A DNA stretch of 41,578 nt from Candidatus Rokuibacteriota bacterium (lineage in GTDB: Bacteria; Methylomirabilota; Methylomirabilia; Rokubacteriales; CSP1-6), in NCBI GenBank assembly GCA_003221655.1, contig QHSV01000252.1:1-41578 (forward strand), read 5' to 3'. The position numbers and the translations under genes were made by a program. The notes under the pieces are model-generated. The model was not told where the DNA came from. It saw only the letters and a list, made by a program, of their open reading frames with translations, and did no database searches. Position 1 is the stretch's first letter. Each line of letters opens with the position of its first letter. Below are positions 16,913-26,384 of the stretch, piece after piece.

Positions 16913-18289
16913 ATGACAGATGTCTCTTCGCTCTCTGACGCCGTGACCGCGCTCGCCAGCACGTTCACCGGACAACTCCTCCGCCCGGGCGATGCAGGCT
17001 ATGACGAAGCCAGGAAGCTCCATAACGGACTCATCGACAAGCGGCCGGCGCTCATCGCCCGCTGCCGCGGTCTGGCCGACATCGCCGATGCCGTGAAGAT
17101 GGCGCGCGATCGAAAGCTCGAAGTCGCCGTCCGGGGAGGCGGTCACAACGTCGCGGGGCGCGCGACGATCGACAGCGGCCTGATGATCGACCTGTCGCTC
17201 CTGAAGGGCATTCACGTCGATCCGAAGGCCCGGACCGCCCGCGCGCAGGGGGGGCTCACGTGGAACGAGTTCAACCGTGAAACGCAGCTCCATGGTCTCG
17301 CGACGACGGGAGGCGTGGTCTCGACGACGGGCATCGCGGGTCTGACGCTCGGGGGCGGCCTTGGCTGGCTCATGGGCAAGCACGCCCTCGCCCTCGACAG
17401 CCTCCTCTCGGTCGACCTCGTCCTGGCGGACGGCAGAATCCTGACGGCCAGCAAGGACGACAACGCGGACCTATTCTGGGCGCTGCGCGGCGGCGGCGGC
17501 AACTTCGGCGTGGCGGCCTCCTTCGAATATCGCCTGCACCTGGTCGGACCCATCGTCACGGGCGGTCTCATCGCCTATCCGTTCAGCGCGGCCTGGGATG
17601 TGCTCAGGTTCTTCCGAGACGTGACGGCGTCGCTTCCCGACGAGTTCACGGTATTCGCCGGCCTGATTCATGCGCCCGACGGATCGGGGATGAAGCTGGT
17701 GGCCCTGGTGGTCTGCCACTGCGGGCCGCTCGGCGCGGGCGAGACCGCCGCCCAGCCGATCAAGAAGTTCGGCGTGCCCGCGATGGACGTCATCGGCCCG
17801 ATGCCGTACTCCCAGGTCAACGCGATGCTGGACGCCGCCTATCCCCGCGGCGCGCTCGACTACTGGAAGTCGAACTTCCTGTCCAGCCTGAGCGACGACG
17901 CGATTCGCACGATGATCGATTGCTTCGCGAAGTGCCCGACGCCGATGGGTCAGTTGCTCCTCGAGCACTTCCATGGCGCGGTCACTCGAGTCGGCGTCGC
18001 GCACACCGCATTTCCACACCGTGCACCGGGCTACAACCAGCTCGTGCTCTCGGAATGGATGAACCCGAACGACAACAACGCCTGCATCGCCTGGGCTCGG
18101 GATTCCTACACCGCGATGCAGCCGTTCATGGGCTCCGGCCGGTACGTGAACTACCTCGGAGACGACGAACCCGGCGATCCCGTCGCCGCCGCCTATGGAC
18201 CGAACCATCGCCGCCTCCAGCAGGTCAAGGCGAAATACGATCCGCAGAATTTTTTCCACGTGAACCAGAACATCCACCCCCAGGCGTGA
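16913..18289 (+). CDS. FAD-binding oxidoreductase, BBE/6-HDNO-like
   Basis: VRGGGHN, GIAGLTLGGG, DLFWALRGGGGNFG, YVNY, KAKYDPQNFF. Confidence 0.92.
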   Translation: MTDVSSLSDAVTALASTFTGQLLRPGDAGYDEARKLHNGLIDKRPALIARCRGLADIADAVKMARDRKLEVAVRGGGHNVAGRATIDSGLMIDLSLLKGIHVDPKARTARAQGGLTWNEFNRETQLHGLATTGGVVSTTGIAGLTLGGGLGWLMGKHALALDSLLSVDLVLADGRILTASKDDNADLFWALRGGGGNFGVAASFEYRLHLVGPIVTGGLIAYPFSAAWDVLRFFRDVTASLPDEFTVFAGLIHAPDGSGMKLVALVVCHCGPLGAGETAAQPIKKFGVPAMDVIGPMPYSQVNAMLDAAYPRGALDYWKSNFLSSLSDDAIRTMIDCFAKCPTPMGQLLLEHFHGAVTRVGVAHTAFPHRAPGYNQLVLSEWMNPNDNNACIAWARDSYTAMQPFMGSGRYVNYLGDDEPGDPVAAAYGPNHRRLQQVKAKYDPQNFFHVNQNIHPQA

Positions 18290-18309
18290 GCCGCCTATCC
18301 GTCGATCCG

Positions 18310-18551
18310 CGAGTGTCCCGTCCGCGAAGTTCTGTTAACGATCCCGCTCCACCGGAGGCGACGGGCGGGTGCGGTAGGGGGCGACGGGATCCGTTCCCGC
18401 CTTGCCCCATGCGGACGCGATGCGCCCGGATGGAGCCCAGCCGCAACCGAGCAGCGAGCGCGTGCCGCGTGGTCCCGTCGCCCCCTACCGCACCCGCCCG
18501 TCGCCTCCGCCTGCGGCGAACGCTTAGCATGAGTTCTTGGTGGGACGCTAG
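18310..18551. mobile_element. MITE-like element, copy 2 (inverted relative to copy 1)
   Basis: Reverse complement aligns to 10063-10305 along its length; perfect 37-bp inverted repeat 18353-18389 / 18473-18509; CTAG at 18548-18551, CGAG at the other end. Confidence 0.8.
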
Positions 18552-19768
18552 CTCGATCGCGCGAGCCGCGATTTGAGAATCTTTCCGGTGGCACCCCGCG
18601 GCAGCGTGTCGAGCACGGTGAGCTGTCTCGGGTATTTGAACGCGGCCAGGCGCTGCCGGCAGTAGGCGATCAGCTCGTCGGGCCCGGCCGCCAGGCCGGG
18701 GCGAAGCGTCACGAAGGCCACGACGTCTTCGCCCAGCTCGGGGTGGGGTACGCCGAGGACGGCGGCCTCGAACACCGCGGGGTGCGTGAGGAGCACCGCC
18801 TCCACCTCCGGCGGGAAGACCGAGTAGCCGCCGCGGAGGATCCGATCGCGCTTGCGGCCGACGATGGTCACGAGGCCGTCGGCGCTCACGGTGGCGAGGT
18901 CACCGGTGCGGAACCACCCCTCGACCAAGGCCTCGCGCGTTTCCTCGGGAGCGTTGATGTAGCTCTCCATCGCCGACGGACTCTTGATCTGCAGCTCGCC
19001 GGCCTCGCCGTCGGGGATCGGGTGCCCGGCGTCGTCGACGATCCGAATCTCGACACCCGGCACGGCTCGGCCGATCGCGTCCGGTGACTCGGTCGGATCC
19101 GCCGCCCGATAGGAGATCGGCCGGAAGAGCTCCGTCATCCCATAGCCGCGAACGATCCTGACCCCCGTGCGGGCGCGCCACTCCTGGGCCAGCTCCCACG
19201 GACAGGGTGCCGCGCCCGAGACCCCGAGTCGTACGGTCGAGAGGTCGGCGGCGGCAAGCGCGGCGCTGTCCAGGACCCGACGGAACATCGTCGCGACCCC
19301 GGGGAAGACGGTCACTCGGTGACGGCGGATCGCCTCAAGTACGGCCTCGGGCGAGAAGCGCTCGACCAGCGCGACCGTAGCGCCGACCAGCAGAGGTGCG
19401 AGAAGCGCGCCGTTCAAGCCGAACGAGTGCGCGAGCGGCAGCGTCGCGAGCACGATGTCGCCGGGCCTCACCGCCATCACCGGGCCCGCCCACGATTCGA
19501 CGGCCAACTCGAGCGCCTTATGCGAGAGCACCGCGCCCTTGGGGCGGCCCGTGCTCCCGGACGTATAGAGGATGAGCGCGGGCGACATGATCGCGAGCGC
19601 GATCCGGTCGCCGGGCTTCACGCCCTTCGTCGCGAGGATGTCCGCGAAGGCACCCGCCCGTCGATCCATTTCGTCGAACGTGAGCGCGCCGCCGTCCCAG
19701 ACGAGGGCCGGCTTCTCCGGGGTGCGGCGTGCGATGGCCTCGAGGCGGCGGGCGAAATTCTCCGCCAC
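18548..19768 (-). CDS. Acyl-CoA synthetase/AMP-binding enzyme with an apparent in-frame internal deletion
   Basis: GTG start VAENF; YTSGSTGRPKG, GYGMTE, WFRTGD, GKILK; GDRIALAI joins almost directly to PALILYTSG; 406 aa. Confidence 0.85.
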   Translation of the reverse strand: MAENFARRLEAIARRTPEKPALVWDGGALTFDEMDRRAGAFADILATKGVKPGDRIALAIMSPALILYTSGSTGRPKGAVLSHKALELAVESWAGPVMAVRPGDIVLATLPLAHSFGLNGALLAPLLVGATVALVERFSPEAVLEAIRRHRVTVFPGVATMFRRVLDSAALAAADLSTVRLGVSGAAPCPWELAQEWRARTGVRIVRGYGMTELFRPISYRAADPTESPDAIGRAVPGVEIRIVDDAGHPIPDGEAGELQIKSPSAMESYINAPEETREALVEGWFRTGDLATVSADGLVTIVGRKRDRILRGGYSVFPPEVEAVLLTHPAVFEAAVLGVPHPELGEDVVAFVTLRPGLAAGPDELIAYCRQRLAAFKYPRQLTVLDTLPRGATGKILKSRLARSS

Positions 19769-19776
19769 GGAGCCGC

Positions 19777-21132
19777 TTAGGCGAAGAAGTCCTTGAGCTT
19801 CATCCGCTCCCAGACGTCGGGTGGCACGCGGTGCCGGGGCGTGTAGGATGCGAGGGAAGGCTTGGCGGTCGCGTCCACACCCCACTTCGCGCTCATACCG
19901 TCTTCGCGCGCCGAGGGATCGAGGTCGGAGCCGCGCGCGTTCGTGATGATGGTGAGGTCGCGGTCGGGCTGGCAACGCGTCGCGATCGCCCAGTTCACCT
20001 GCCGGTCGTCGAAGACGTCCACGTCGTCGTCCACGACGACGACGCGCTTCATGTAGAGATCCGCGCCGAACGCGGCGAGGATCGCGTTCTTCCCCTGGCC
20101 GGGGATGCGCTGCTCGATCGACACGAAGCAGGTGAAGGGGCCCGGCACCCGGACCGCCTTGACCGACGGGACCATTGCCCGCACGGCGCGGAAGAGATTC
20201 GCCTCCATCGGGATCGTGGACAGGAGCATGTGGTCGAGGTGGGCGACGGTGATGTCCTGGAAGATCGCGTCCCGGCGATGCGTGATCGCGTTGACGCGCA
20301 CGACTTCGCGCTGGCGCTCGCCGAGGCTGTAGCCGGTGAACTCCCCGAAGGGCCCCTCGGGCGTGCGCTGCCGCGGCAGGATCTCGCACTCGAGGACGAT
20401 TTCGGCGTGCGCGGGCACGAGCACGTCGGAGGTCTGGCACTTCACCAGCTCCAGCGGCTCGCCGAGAAGCCCGCCCATGATCCCGCGCTCGTCCTCGTCG
20501 ATGGATCCGATCGCGAGCGCGCCGAGGGCGATCGCCGGATGAACGCCGATGACCAGGGCCAGGGGGAGGGGCTCGTTCCGCGCCTCGGCGATCCGCTGGA
20601 ACTCCCACAGATGCTTGCCCGTCGTCAGGTGGATCGACGTCCTGTCGCGTCCCTTGATCTGGAGTCGGTTGTAGGCGCAGTTCCAGATCTCGCGCGTCGG
20701 GTCTTTCGCGAACGAGATCGCCGCCGTGACGTAGGCGCCCGAATCGCCCTCGTGGTGGACGATCTGCGGCAGGTCGTAGAGGTTGACCCGGTCGCCCTTG
20801 AGGACGACCTCGTGCACGGGTCCGGCCGCCACCACCTTTGGGGCAATGGGCTTGTCCATCGCGCGGAGGTAGGTCGCCTGCGTCGCCTCGGGCGCCGCGT
20901 TCATGGCGGCGGCGAGTCGGGGGCGGCTGGCGTGGAGATTGGTGAGGACCGGAAACTTGGTGCCCGTGACGTTCTCGAAGAGCAGGACCGGCCGGCGCTT
21001 CGCCTCGCGCTCGAGCTTGACGACGAGCGCGGTGATTTCGTAGCGCGGGTCGACGGGCTTCGACACGATCTCGAAGTCGCCCGGCTTGCGCCGCTTGACG
21101 AGGTCGAGATAGCTCCTGAGATCCTGCGCCAT
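19777..21132 (-). CDS. UbiD-family prFMN-dependent decarboxylase
   Basis: DLRSYL, LLFENV, YNRLQ, EGPFGEFTGY, VVVVDDDVD, WAIATR, SDLDPS, DATAKP. Confidence 0.92.
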   Translation of the reverse strand: MAQDLRSYLDLVKRRKPGDFEIVSKPVDPRYEITALVVKLEREAKRRPVLLFENVTGTKFPVLTNLHASRPRLAAAMNAAPEATQATYLRAMDKPIAPKVVAAGPVHEVVLKGDRVNLYDLPQIVHHEGDSGAYVTAAISFAKDPTREIWNCAYNRLQIKGRDRTSIHLTTGKHLWEFQRIAEARNEPLPLALVIGVHPAIALGALAIGSIDEDERGIMGGLLGEPLELVKCQTSDVLVPAHAEIVLECEILPRQRTPEGPFGEFTGYSLGERQREVVRVNAITHRRDAIFQDITVAHLDHMLLSTIPMEANLFRAVRAMVPSVKAVRVPGPFTCFVSIEQRIPGQGKNAILAAFGADLYMKRVVVVDDDVDVFDDRQVNWAIATRCQPDRDLTIITNARGSDLDPSAREDGMSAKWGVDATAKPSLASYTPRHRVPPDVWERMKLKDFFA

Positions 21133-21150
21133 GGCGCTTAGGATACTGAA

Positions 21151-21846
21151 TCAGGCGTTTCCCGGCACCTTCTTTCTCCCGTTCTGATTGTTGAGCCACC
21201 ACCCCAGGGCCACGATGATCGCGGCGGGCGCCAGCGGCAGCAGCTCGAGTCCGGGCGCAGATTGATCGATCCAGCGGGCGAGGCTGTGGTCTTTCAAAAT
21301 CATCTCGCCCGCGACGTAGCCGAGCACTCCGCCGCCGAGCCAGATGATCCAGACGAAGCGGTTCATCAGCGTGGCCAGGAGGCCGCTACCCCACACAACG
21401 ATCGGCAGCGACAGCGCGATGCCGAAGACCACGAGAGTCAAGTCGCCGTGGGCCGCGGCGGCGACGGCGAGCACGTTGTCCAGGCTCATGACCGCGTCGG
21501 CGACGATGATGATCCAGATCGCTTCCCGGAGCGAGCTTCCCTCCCGAACGTGACCTTCGGCGCCGGTCTGCTTGCCAACGAGCTTGAAGGCAATCCAGAG
21601 GAGCGCCGCGCCGCCGACGAGCTGGAGGAACGGGATTCGCAGCATGAACGTCGCGATCGCGATGAACGCCAGCCGCAGGCCGACCGCGCCCGCGGTGCCC
21701 CAGATGCGCCCCCAGAGTTGCTGGCGCTTCTGGAGCGTGCGGACCGCCAGCGCGATGACGAGGGCATTGTCGCCCGCGAGCGTGAGATCGATCACGATGA
21801 TCCCGGCGACCCGCGCCCAGAACTCAGGATCCATCAGAAAGATCAT
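21151..21846 (-). CDS. TerC/YjbE-family integral membrane protein
   Basis: IDLTLAGDNALVIALA and ADAVMSLDNVLAVA motifs. Confidence 0.9.
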   Translation of the reverse strand: MIFLMDPEFWARVAGIIVIDLTLAGDNALVIALAVRTLQKRQQLWGRIWGTAGAVGLRLAFIAIATFMLRIPFLQLVGGAALLWIAFKLVGKQTGAEGHVREGSSLREAIWIIIVADAVMSLDNVLAVAAAAHGDLTLVVFGIALSLPIVVWGSGLLATLMNRFVWIIWLGGGVLGYVAGEMILKDHSLARWIDQSAPGLELLPLAPAAIIVALGWWLNNQNGRKKVPGNA

Positions 21847-21849
21847 ACG

Positions 21850-21945
21850 TCACTCCACCAGCGCTTTGAGGAGCACGACCAAGACACGCCCCACGACGAT
21901 GAGCGCGATGGCGATAGCCAATCCTTCGTAGCGATTGATAGTCAT
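21850..21945 (-). CDS. 31-aa single-pass membrane peptide
   Basis: Manual translation MTINRYEGLAIAIALIVVGRVLVVLLKALVE*; AGGGAG RBS upstream; stop 3 nt before the TerC start. Confidence 0.6.
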   Translation of the reverse strand: MTINRYEGLAIAIALIVVGRVLVVLLKALVE

Positions 21946-22023
21946 CTCGTGTCTCCCTGAGCTGACGAGCAGAGTTGGCCGCCCGGATGGCGGCGTGTTC
22001 AGGAGGCGAGCGAGACGACGGAG

Positions 22024-22344
22024 CTAGTGGTCTTCGGAGGACGAACCGGGGCTCGCGGACGGCAGGTGGGCCAGCCTCACCTGCGGGAGCCACGCGCCGG
22101 CAATCGGCTGGCGTACCGTCGGCACCGGCGGTGCCGTCAAACGCGTTGGTGGGTCGAGCTCTCGGCGTCGGGGGGTCGACCGGGGTGAGGCGGTCGCCCG
22201 CTTCCCCGGCGACTCCCGGCGGACGTGGACGGACTGTTCGATCTCGGAGTCCTGGATCTCGAACTCGAAGGCGCCCGGCAACGGCGTCGCCAGATCGAAC
22301 GACAGCCACGCGGTCACCAGGATTAGGAGCCGGCGCGCCTTCAT
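22024..22344 (-). CDS. Hypothetical protein with signal-like N-terminus and Pro/Arg-rich tail
   Basis: MKARRLLILVTAWL; TAGAAT box 6 nt upstream of the ATG. Confidence 0.6.
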   Translation of the reverse strand: MKARRLLILVTAWLSFDLATPLPGAFEFEIQDSEIEQSVHVRRESPGKRATASPRSTPRRRELDPPTRLTAPPVPTVRQPIAGAWLPQVRLAHLPSASPGSSSEDH

Positions 22345-22410
22345 TGCATCATTCTATCCGGTCGCCGCTCCACGCCCCGCACACGCCGGTGCGGCAGACC
22401 ATCTCCTCTT

Positions 22411-24120
22411 TCAGGGCTTCTTGCAGATCACGTTGAGGAGCGCTTGGCGCTTCTCGTCACGGACGACCTTGAGGGCGCGGGCGAGGGCGTCGGGCAGGGC
22501 CGCCGGGTCCTCGACGCGTTCGGCGTGGCCGCCGGAAGCGCGGCACACCAGCTCGTAGTCGGGCGCCGGCTCGAGATCGGAGATCGGCATCTGACCCGTC
22601 CTGGCCGCCACGCCCTCGGGCGCGTGGCCCCGCACGGCGCGCTTGACCGCGTTCCACGCGCGGTTGTTGAAAATCACGAACAGCACCGGCAGGTTGTACG
22701 CGCGCGAGACGAAGTGCGCCGCGGTCGGTGCGCTGAAGATGTAGGCGCCGTCGCCGACGCAGCAGATGACTGTCTTGTCGGGCGCTGCGAGCTTGGCGCC
22801 GAGCGCGGCGCCCATGCCCCAGCCGAGGCCGCCGGCGGGGGAGGAGCCGAAGTAGCTGCGCGGGGTGCGGAAACAGCCCTGGGTCGGGTCGAAGTCGTAC
22901 TCGTCCACCAGGATCGTGTTCTCGTCCACGAGGTCACCCACGCATTTCGACACCCAGAGCATCTCGAGCGGACGCTCGTTCTGGACCTTCCGCGCGGCCG
23001 CCGCCCACGCCTCGCGGAGCCGCCGGTGCTCGGCGTGCCAGCGTTGCGTTCGCTCGCCGACCGCCCGGCCATCGGCGCGCTGCCGTACGGCCTCGGCCAG
23101 CGCGGTCAGGTTCAGGCTCACCGTGCCCGACAGGGCCGCGTCGGCCGGGAACCCTCTGATCGGATAGCGCGCGAAAAGCGGATCCACCGCGATCTGGACG
23201 ATCTTCGTCTCGGGCCGCGGCGCCTTGAGCGCCGGGAACCACAGCACGTCCGACTCGACCGCCACGACGCAGTCGGCGTCGTCGAAGTACGGCGCGGCGT
23301 CGAAGCCGGCATGGAGCGGGTGATCCTGAGGGAAGTTCATGTGGGTGTGGAACTGGTCGATCACCGGCGCGCCGAGGGCCTCGGCGAGCTTCACGAGCGC
23401 GGGGACCGCGAGGGGATCGCGCCCGGCGGCCTTGGTGAGGATGATCGGGTTGCGCGCGGCGATCAGCAGCCGGGCTGCCTCGGCGATCGTCTCCGGCGCG
23501 GCCAACACCGCGCCGGGTCTGGGGGCGCGGCTCGCGGCGGCGTACTCGAAGACCTCGTGCTTCTCGGCGAGGACCTCGCGCGGCAGCGTGAGGTAGACGG
23601 GCCCTTGCGGCTCGGCCTGGGTGAGCGCCAGCGCGCGGTCGACGACCGTCTCGAGCTGGGTGAAGTTCCGGAGCTCGTAGTCCCATTTGACGAACTCGCG
23701 GATCATCGCGCCCTGGTCGAAGGACTCCTGCGCCCAGTGGATCGGGCGGTTACGGCTGCCGTGCAGGCCGGTCTCGGTGAGCGGATTGCGTCCCGCGCTG
23801 AAGAGGATCGGCACGTTCGAGCGCGCGGCGTTGATGATGCCGCTGACCGCGTTACCGGCGCCGACGATCACATGGACCATGACGACCTGCGGTCGCCCGG
23901 TGACCATCGCGTAACCGTGGGCCATCCCCACCGCCGGCGTCTCGTGCGGGACCGTCATGGGCCGCGGCACCGGCTGGCCTTGCGCGAGCCGCCTGGCATA
24001 GGCGTCGATGAGCGGCGCGAAGTCCGTCCCGGAATTCGCGAAGAAGTACTCGACGCCCCGAGCGGCCAGGAGCTCGAGATAGGCGTCAGCGGTGCTTTCG
24101 ATGCTCGCTCGCTTGGTCAT
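22411..24120 (-). CDS. Thiamine pyrophosphate-dependent enzyme (acetolactate synthase-like)
   Basis: FANSGTDF, PHE, GMAHGY, GDGAY...NN TPP motif; GGAGAG RBS before ATG 24120. Confidence 0.9.
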   Translation of the reverse strand: MTKRASIESTADAYLELLAARGVEYFFANSGTDFAPLIDAYARRLAQGQPVPRPMTVPHETPAVGMAHGYAMVTGRPQVVMVHVIVGAGNAVSGIINAARSNVPILFSAGRNPLTETGLHGSRNRPIHWAQESFDQGAMIREFVKWDYELRNFTQLETVVDRALALTQAEPQGPVYLTLPREVLAEKHEVFEYAAASRAPRPGAVLAAPETIAEAARLLIAARNPIILTKAAGRDPLAVPALVKLAEALGAPVIDQFHTHMNFPQDHPLHAGFDAAPYFDDADCVVAVESDVLWFPALKAPRPETKIVQIAVDPLFARYPIRGFPADAALSGTVSLNLTALAEAVRQRADGRAVGERTQRWHAEHRRLREAWAAAARKVQNERPLEMLWVSKCVGDLVDENTILVDEYDFDPTQGCFRTPRSYFGSSPAGGLGWGMGAALGAKLAAPDKTVICCVGDGAYIFSAPTAAHFVSRAYNLPVLFVIFNNRAWNAVKRAVRGHAPEGVAARTGQMPISDLEPAPDYELVCRASGGHAERVEDPAALPDALARALKVVRDEKRQALLNVICKKP

Positions 24121-24157
24121 CGCGGTCTCTCCCTTTTTTCTGGAGGCGGAGCCGAAC

Positions 24158-25171
24158 TCATTTGAACCGCAGCCGGAGCATCCGGCGCGCGTTGCCCTCA
24201 TAGATCTTCGCCTTGTCCTCGTCGGTGGCCCGCATGCGCGTCATGGCCTCGATCGTGTCGCGGATGAACCCCGGCCCCTTCTCGGGATCGAAGGGCATGT
24301 CGGTCCCGAAGAGGACGTGGTCCGCGCCGAAGAAGGCCAGCCCCGACTCCATCGCGTGCCACGCGCCGAAGAGAGCGGTGTCGCCGTAGAACATCCGGAA
24401 GTAGTCGATCGGGCGCTTCCGGAGCTGCTTGAGCGCGCCCATGTCCTCGGGGTCGTCGCTCCGGCTTCCGAGCTGATCCAGGCCGCCGCCCACGCGCCCG
24501 GCGCAGAAGGGGATCATGGCGCCCAGGTGGTGGGTGATGATCCGGAGCCCGGGATGCCGATCGAAGATTCCCGAGAACACCAGGCGCCCCATGGCCACGG
24601 AGGTTTCGTAGGGCCAGCCGAACGCCCACCACATGTCGTACTTCGACCGCTGCTCGCCTGGATAGTCGGCGAACGTCGCGGGGCGCGCCGGGTGCATCCA
24701 GATGGGCAGGTCGCGCTGGGCCATCCGGTCGAACACCGGTTGGTACTCCGGCAGATCGAGAGCCCGCCCCGCGACGTTGGTATAGAGCTGCACGCCGGTC
24801 GCGTGCAGATCGTCGATCGCGCGATCGATCTCGCGCACCGCAGCCTCGGGATTGTTCATCGGGAGCGACGCGACGAAGCCGGGGAAGCGGTCGGGGTGCT
24901 TCGCGACCACCTCCGCCATCCCGTCGTTGGCGAGCCGAGCGAGCTCGGGGCTCGCGTCGGGGCTACCCACGACTTCGATCGGTGGGTTGGCGAGCGTCAG
25001 GACCTGCATGTAGCCCTCGTAGCGGTCCATGATCCGCAGACGCTGCTCGACGTCCACCAGGACCGGGATCCCCGACATCCGCTTCTGTAACGCCATGCCC
25101 GGCGGCGCCACCTGCAGCATCCGATCGAAATACCGGCGCGGCATGATGTGGGGGAAGATGTCGATCTTCAC
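24158..25171 (-). CDS. Amidohydrolase_2-family protein (ACMSD/LigW-like decarboxylase or hydratase)
   Basis: IDIFPHI, ANDG, PIWMHP, THHLG, FYGDTA, LFGTDMPF; AGGAGG RBS. Confidence 0.88.
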   Translation of the reverse strand: MKIDIFPHIMPRRYFDRMLQVAPPGMALQKRMSGIPVLVDVEQRLRIMDRYEGYMQVLTLANPPIEVVGSPDASPELARLANDGMAEVVAKHPDRFPGFVASLPMNNPEAAVREIDRAIDDLHATGVQLYTNVAGRALDLPEYQPVFDRMAQRDLPIWMHPARPATFADYPGEQRSKYDMWWAFGWPYETSVAMGRLVFSGIFDRHPGLRIITHHLGAMIPFCAGRVGGGLDQLGSRSDDPEDMGALKQLRKRPIDYFRMFYGDTALFGAWHAMESGLAFFGADHVLFGTDMPFDPEKGPGFIRDTIEAMTRMRATDEDKAKIYEGNARRMLRLRFK

Positions 25172-25251
25172 GGGCTTACCTCCTGGCCTCCGCCGGATGA
25201 GGATAAGCTCACGCGGCCCCGAAAGGAAGAAGCAGGGTAAAGTATGGGGCC

Positions 25252-25986
25252 ATGGCGTCAGGGCGTGTTCGGGGCGGCTTCAACCAGTACGGGTTCGCCG
25301 TGGGCATCCTCATGCTGGACACGCAATTTCCGAGGATCCCGGGCGACATGGGCAACGCGTCGACGTTCCCGTTCCCGGTCCGCTATCAGCGCGTGGAGGG
25401 CGCCGATCCCGACCTCGTCGTGCGCCGGGGCGCCGCGGGGCTCCTGCCGGCGTTCATCGAGGGGGCGCACCAGCTCCAGCACGAGGGCGTGGGCGCGATC
25501 ACCACCAACTGCGGATTTCTCGTGAAGTTCCAGCGCGAGCTGGCGGCGGCGGTCCGCGTCCCCGTGTTCACCTCGAGCCTCCTGCTGGTCCCGCTCGTTC
25601 ACCGACTGCTTCCGCCGGGACATCGCGTGGGCATCATGACCGTGAACGCGGCGGCCCTCACCCAGGAGCACCTCACCGGCGCGGGCATCGGCGACATTCC
25701 GATCGCCGTGGCCGGGATGGAGTCCGAGAAGGAGTTCACGCGCGTGCTCCTCGGCAACGAATTGGTGCTGGATGTCGACGCCGCGCGCGAGGAGCACGTG
25801 CGGGTCGCCCGGCGGCTCGTCGCCGAGCATTCGGACATCGGCGCGATCGTGCTGGAGTGCACCAACATGCCGCCGTATGCGGCCGACATCCAGCGGGAGA
25901 CCGGGCTCCCCGTGTTCGACATCGTCTCACTCGTCACCATGGTCCACACCGCGCTCGCCGTCGGCCAGCCGCCACGCCCGGTGTGA
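25252..25986 (+). CDS. Asp/Glu/hydantoin racemase-family protein
   Basis: GILMLDT, PGDMGN, ITTNCGF and LECTNM two-cysteine motifs. Confidence 0.85.
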   Translation: MASGRVRGGFNQYGFAVGILMLDTQFPRIPGDMGNASTFPFPVRYQRVEGADPDLVVRRGAAGLLPAFIEGAHQLQHEGVGAITTNCGFLVKFQRELAAAVRVPVFTSSLLLVPLVHRLLPPGHRVGIMTVNAAALTQEHLTGAGIGDIPIAVAGMESEKEFTRVLLGNELVLDVDAAREEHVRVARRLVAEHSDIGAIVLECTNMPPYAADIQRETGLPVFDIVSLVTMVHTALAVGQPPRPV

Positions 25987-26009
25987 CCGACTGACCCGCC
26001 GAAGCCACG

Positions 26010-26384
26010 ATGGCGGATCGCGCGGTCGGCCAGCAGATCACGTTTCTCGACACACGCGACCTGGCGCGCACGGCGGACTTCTACGAGCGCATCCTCGGCC
26101 TCCGCCTGGCCCGCGACCAGGGCACGTGCCGCATCTACCACGTGAGCGGTACTGCCTACGTGGGATTCTGCCTGCGGGCGGACACCCCCACAGAGCCTCA
26201 GGGCGTCGTGTTCACGCTGGTCACGGACCAGGTCGACGACTGGTGCGCTCATCTCCGACGCTGGGGCGTCGAGTTCGTCAAGGAGCCTTCGGACAATCCG
26301 CCGTACCGGATCTACAACGCCTTCGTACGCGACCCCAACGGCTACGTGATCGAGATCCAGCGGTTCTGGGAACCGTTGGTGTGA
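26010..26384 (+). CDS. VOC/glyoxalase family protein
   Basis: DFYERILGL, FVRDPNGYVIEIQ. Confidence 0.85.
   Translation: MADRAVGQQITFLDTRDLARTADFYERILGLRLARDQGTCRIYHVSGTAYVGFCLRADTPTEPQGVVFTLVTDQVDDWCAHLRRWGVEFVKEPSDNPPYRIYNAFVRDPNGYVIEIQRFWEPLV

Noticed and set aside
18548-21202. 884-aa ORF and other long Arg/Gly/Pro-rich overlapping or antisense ORFs
   Set aside because: Shadow frames typical of high-GC DNA; only the part from 19768 encodes the ligase.
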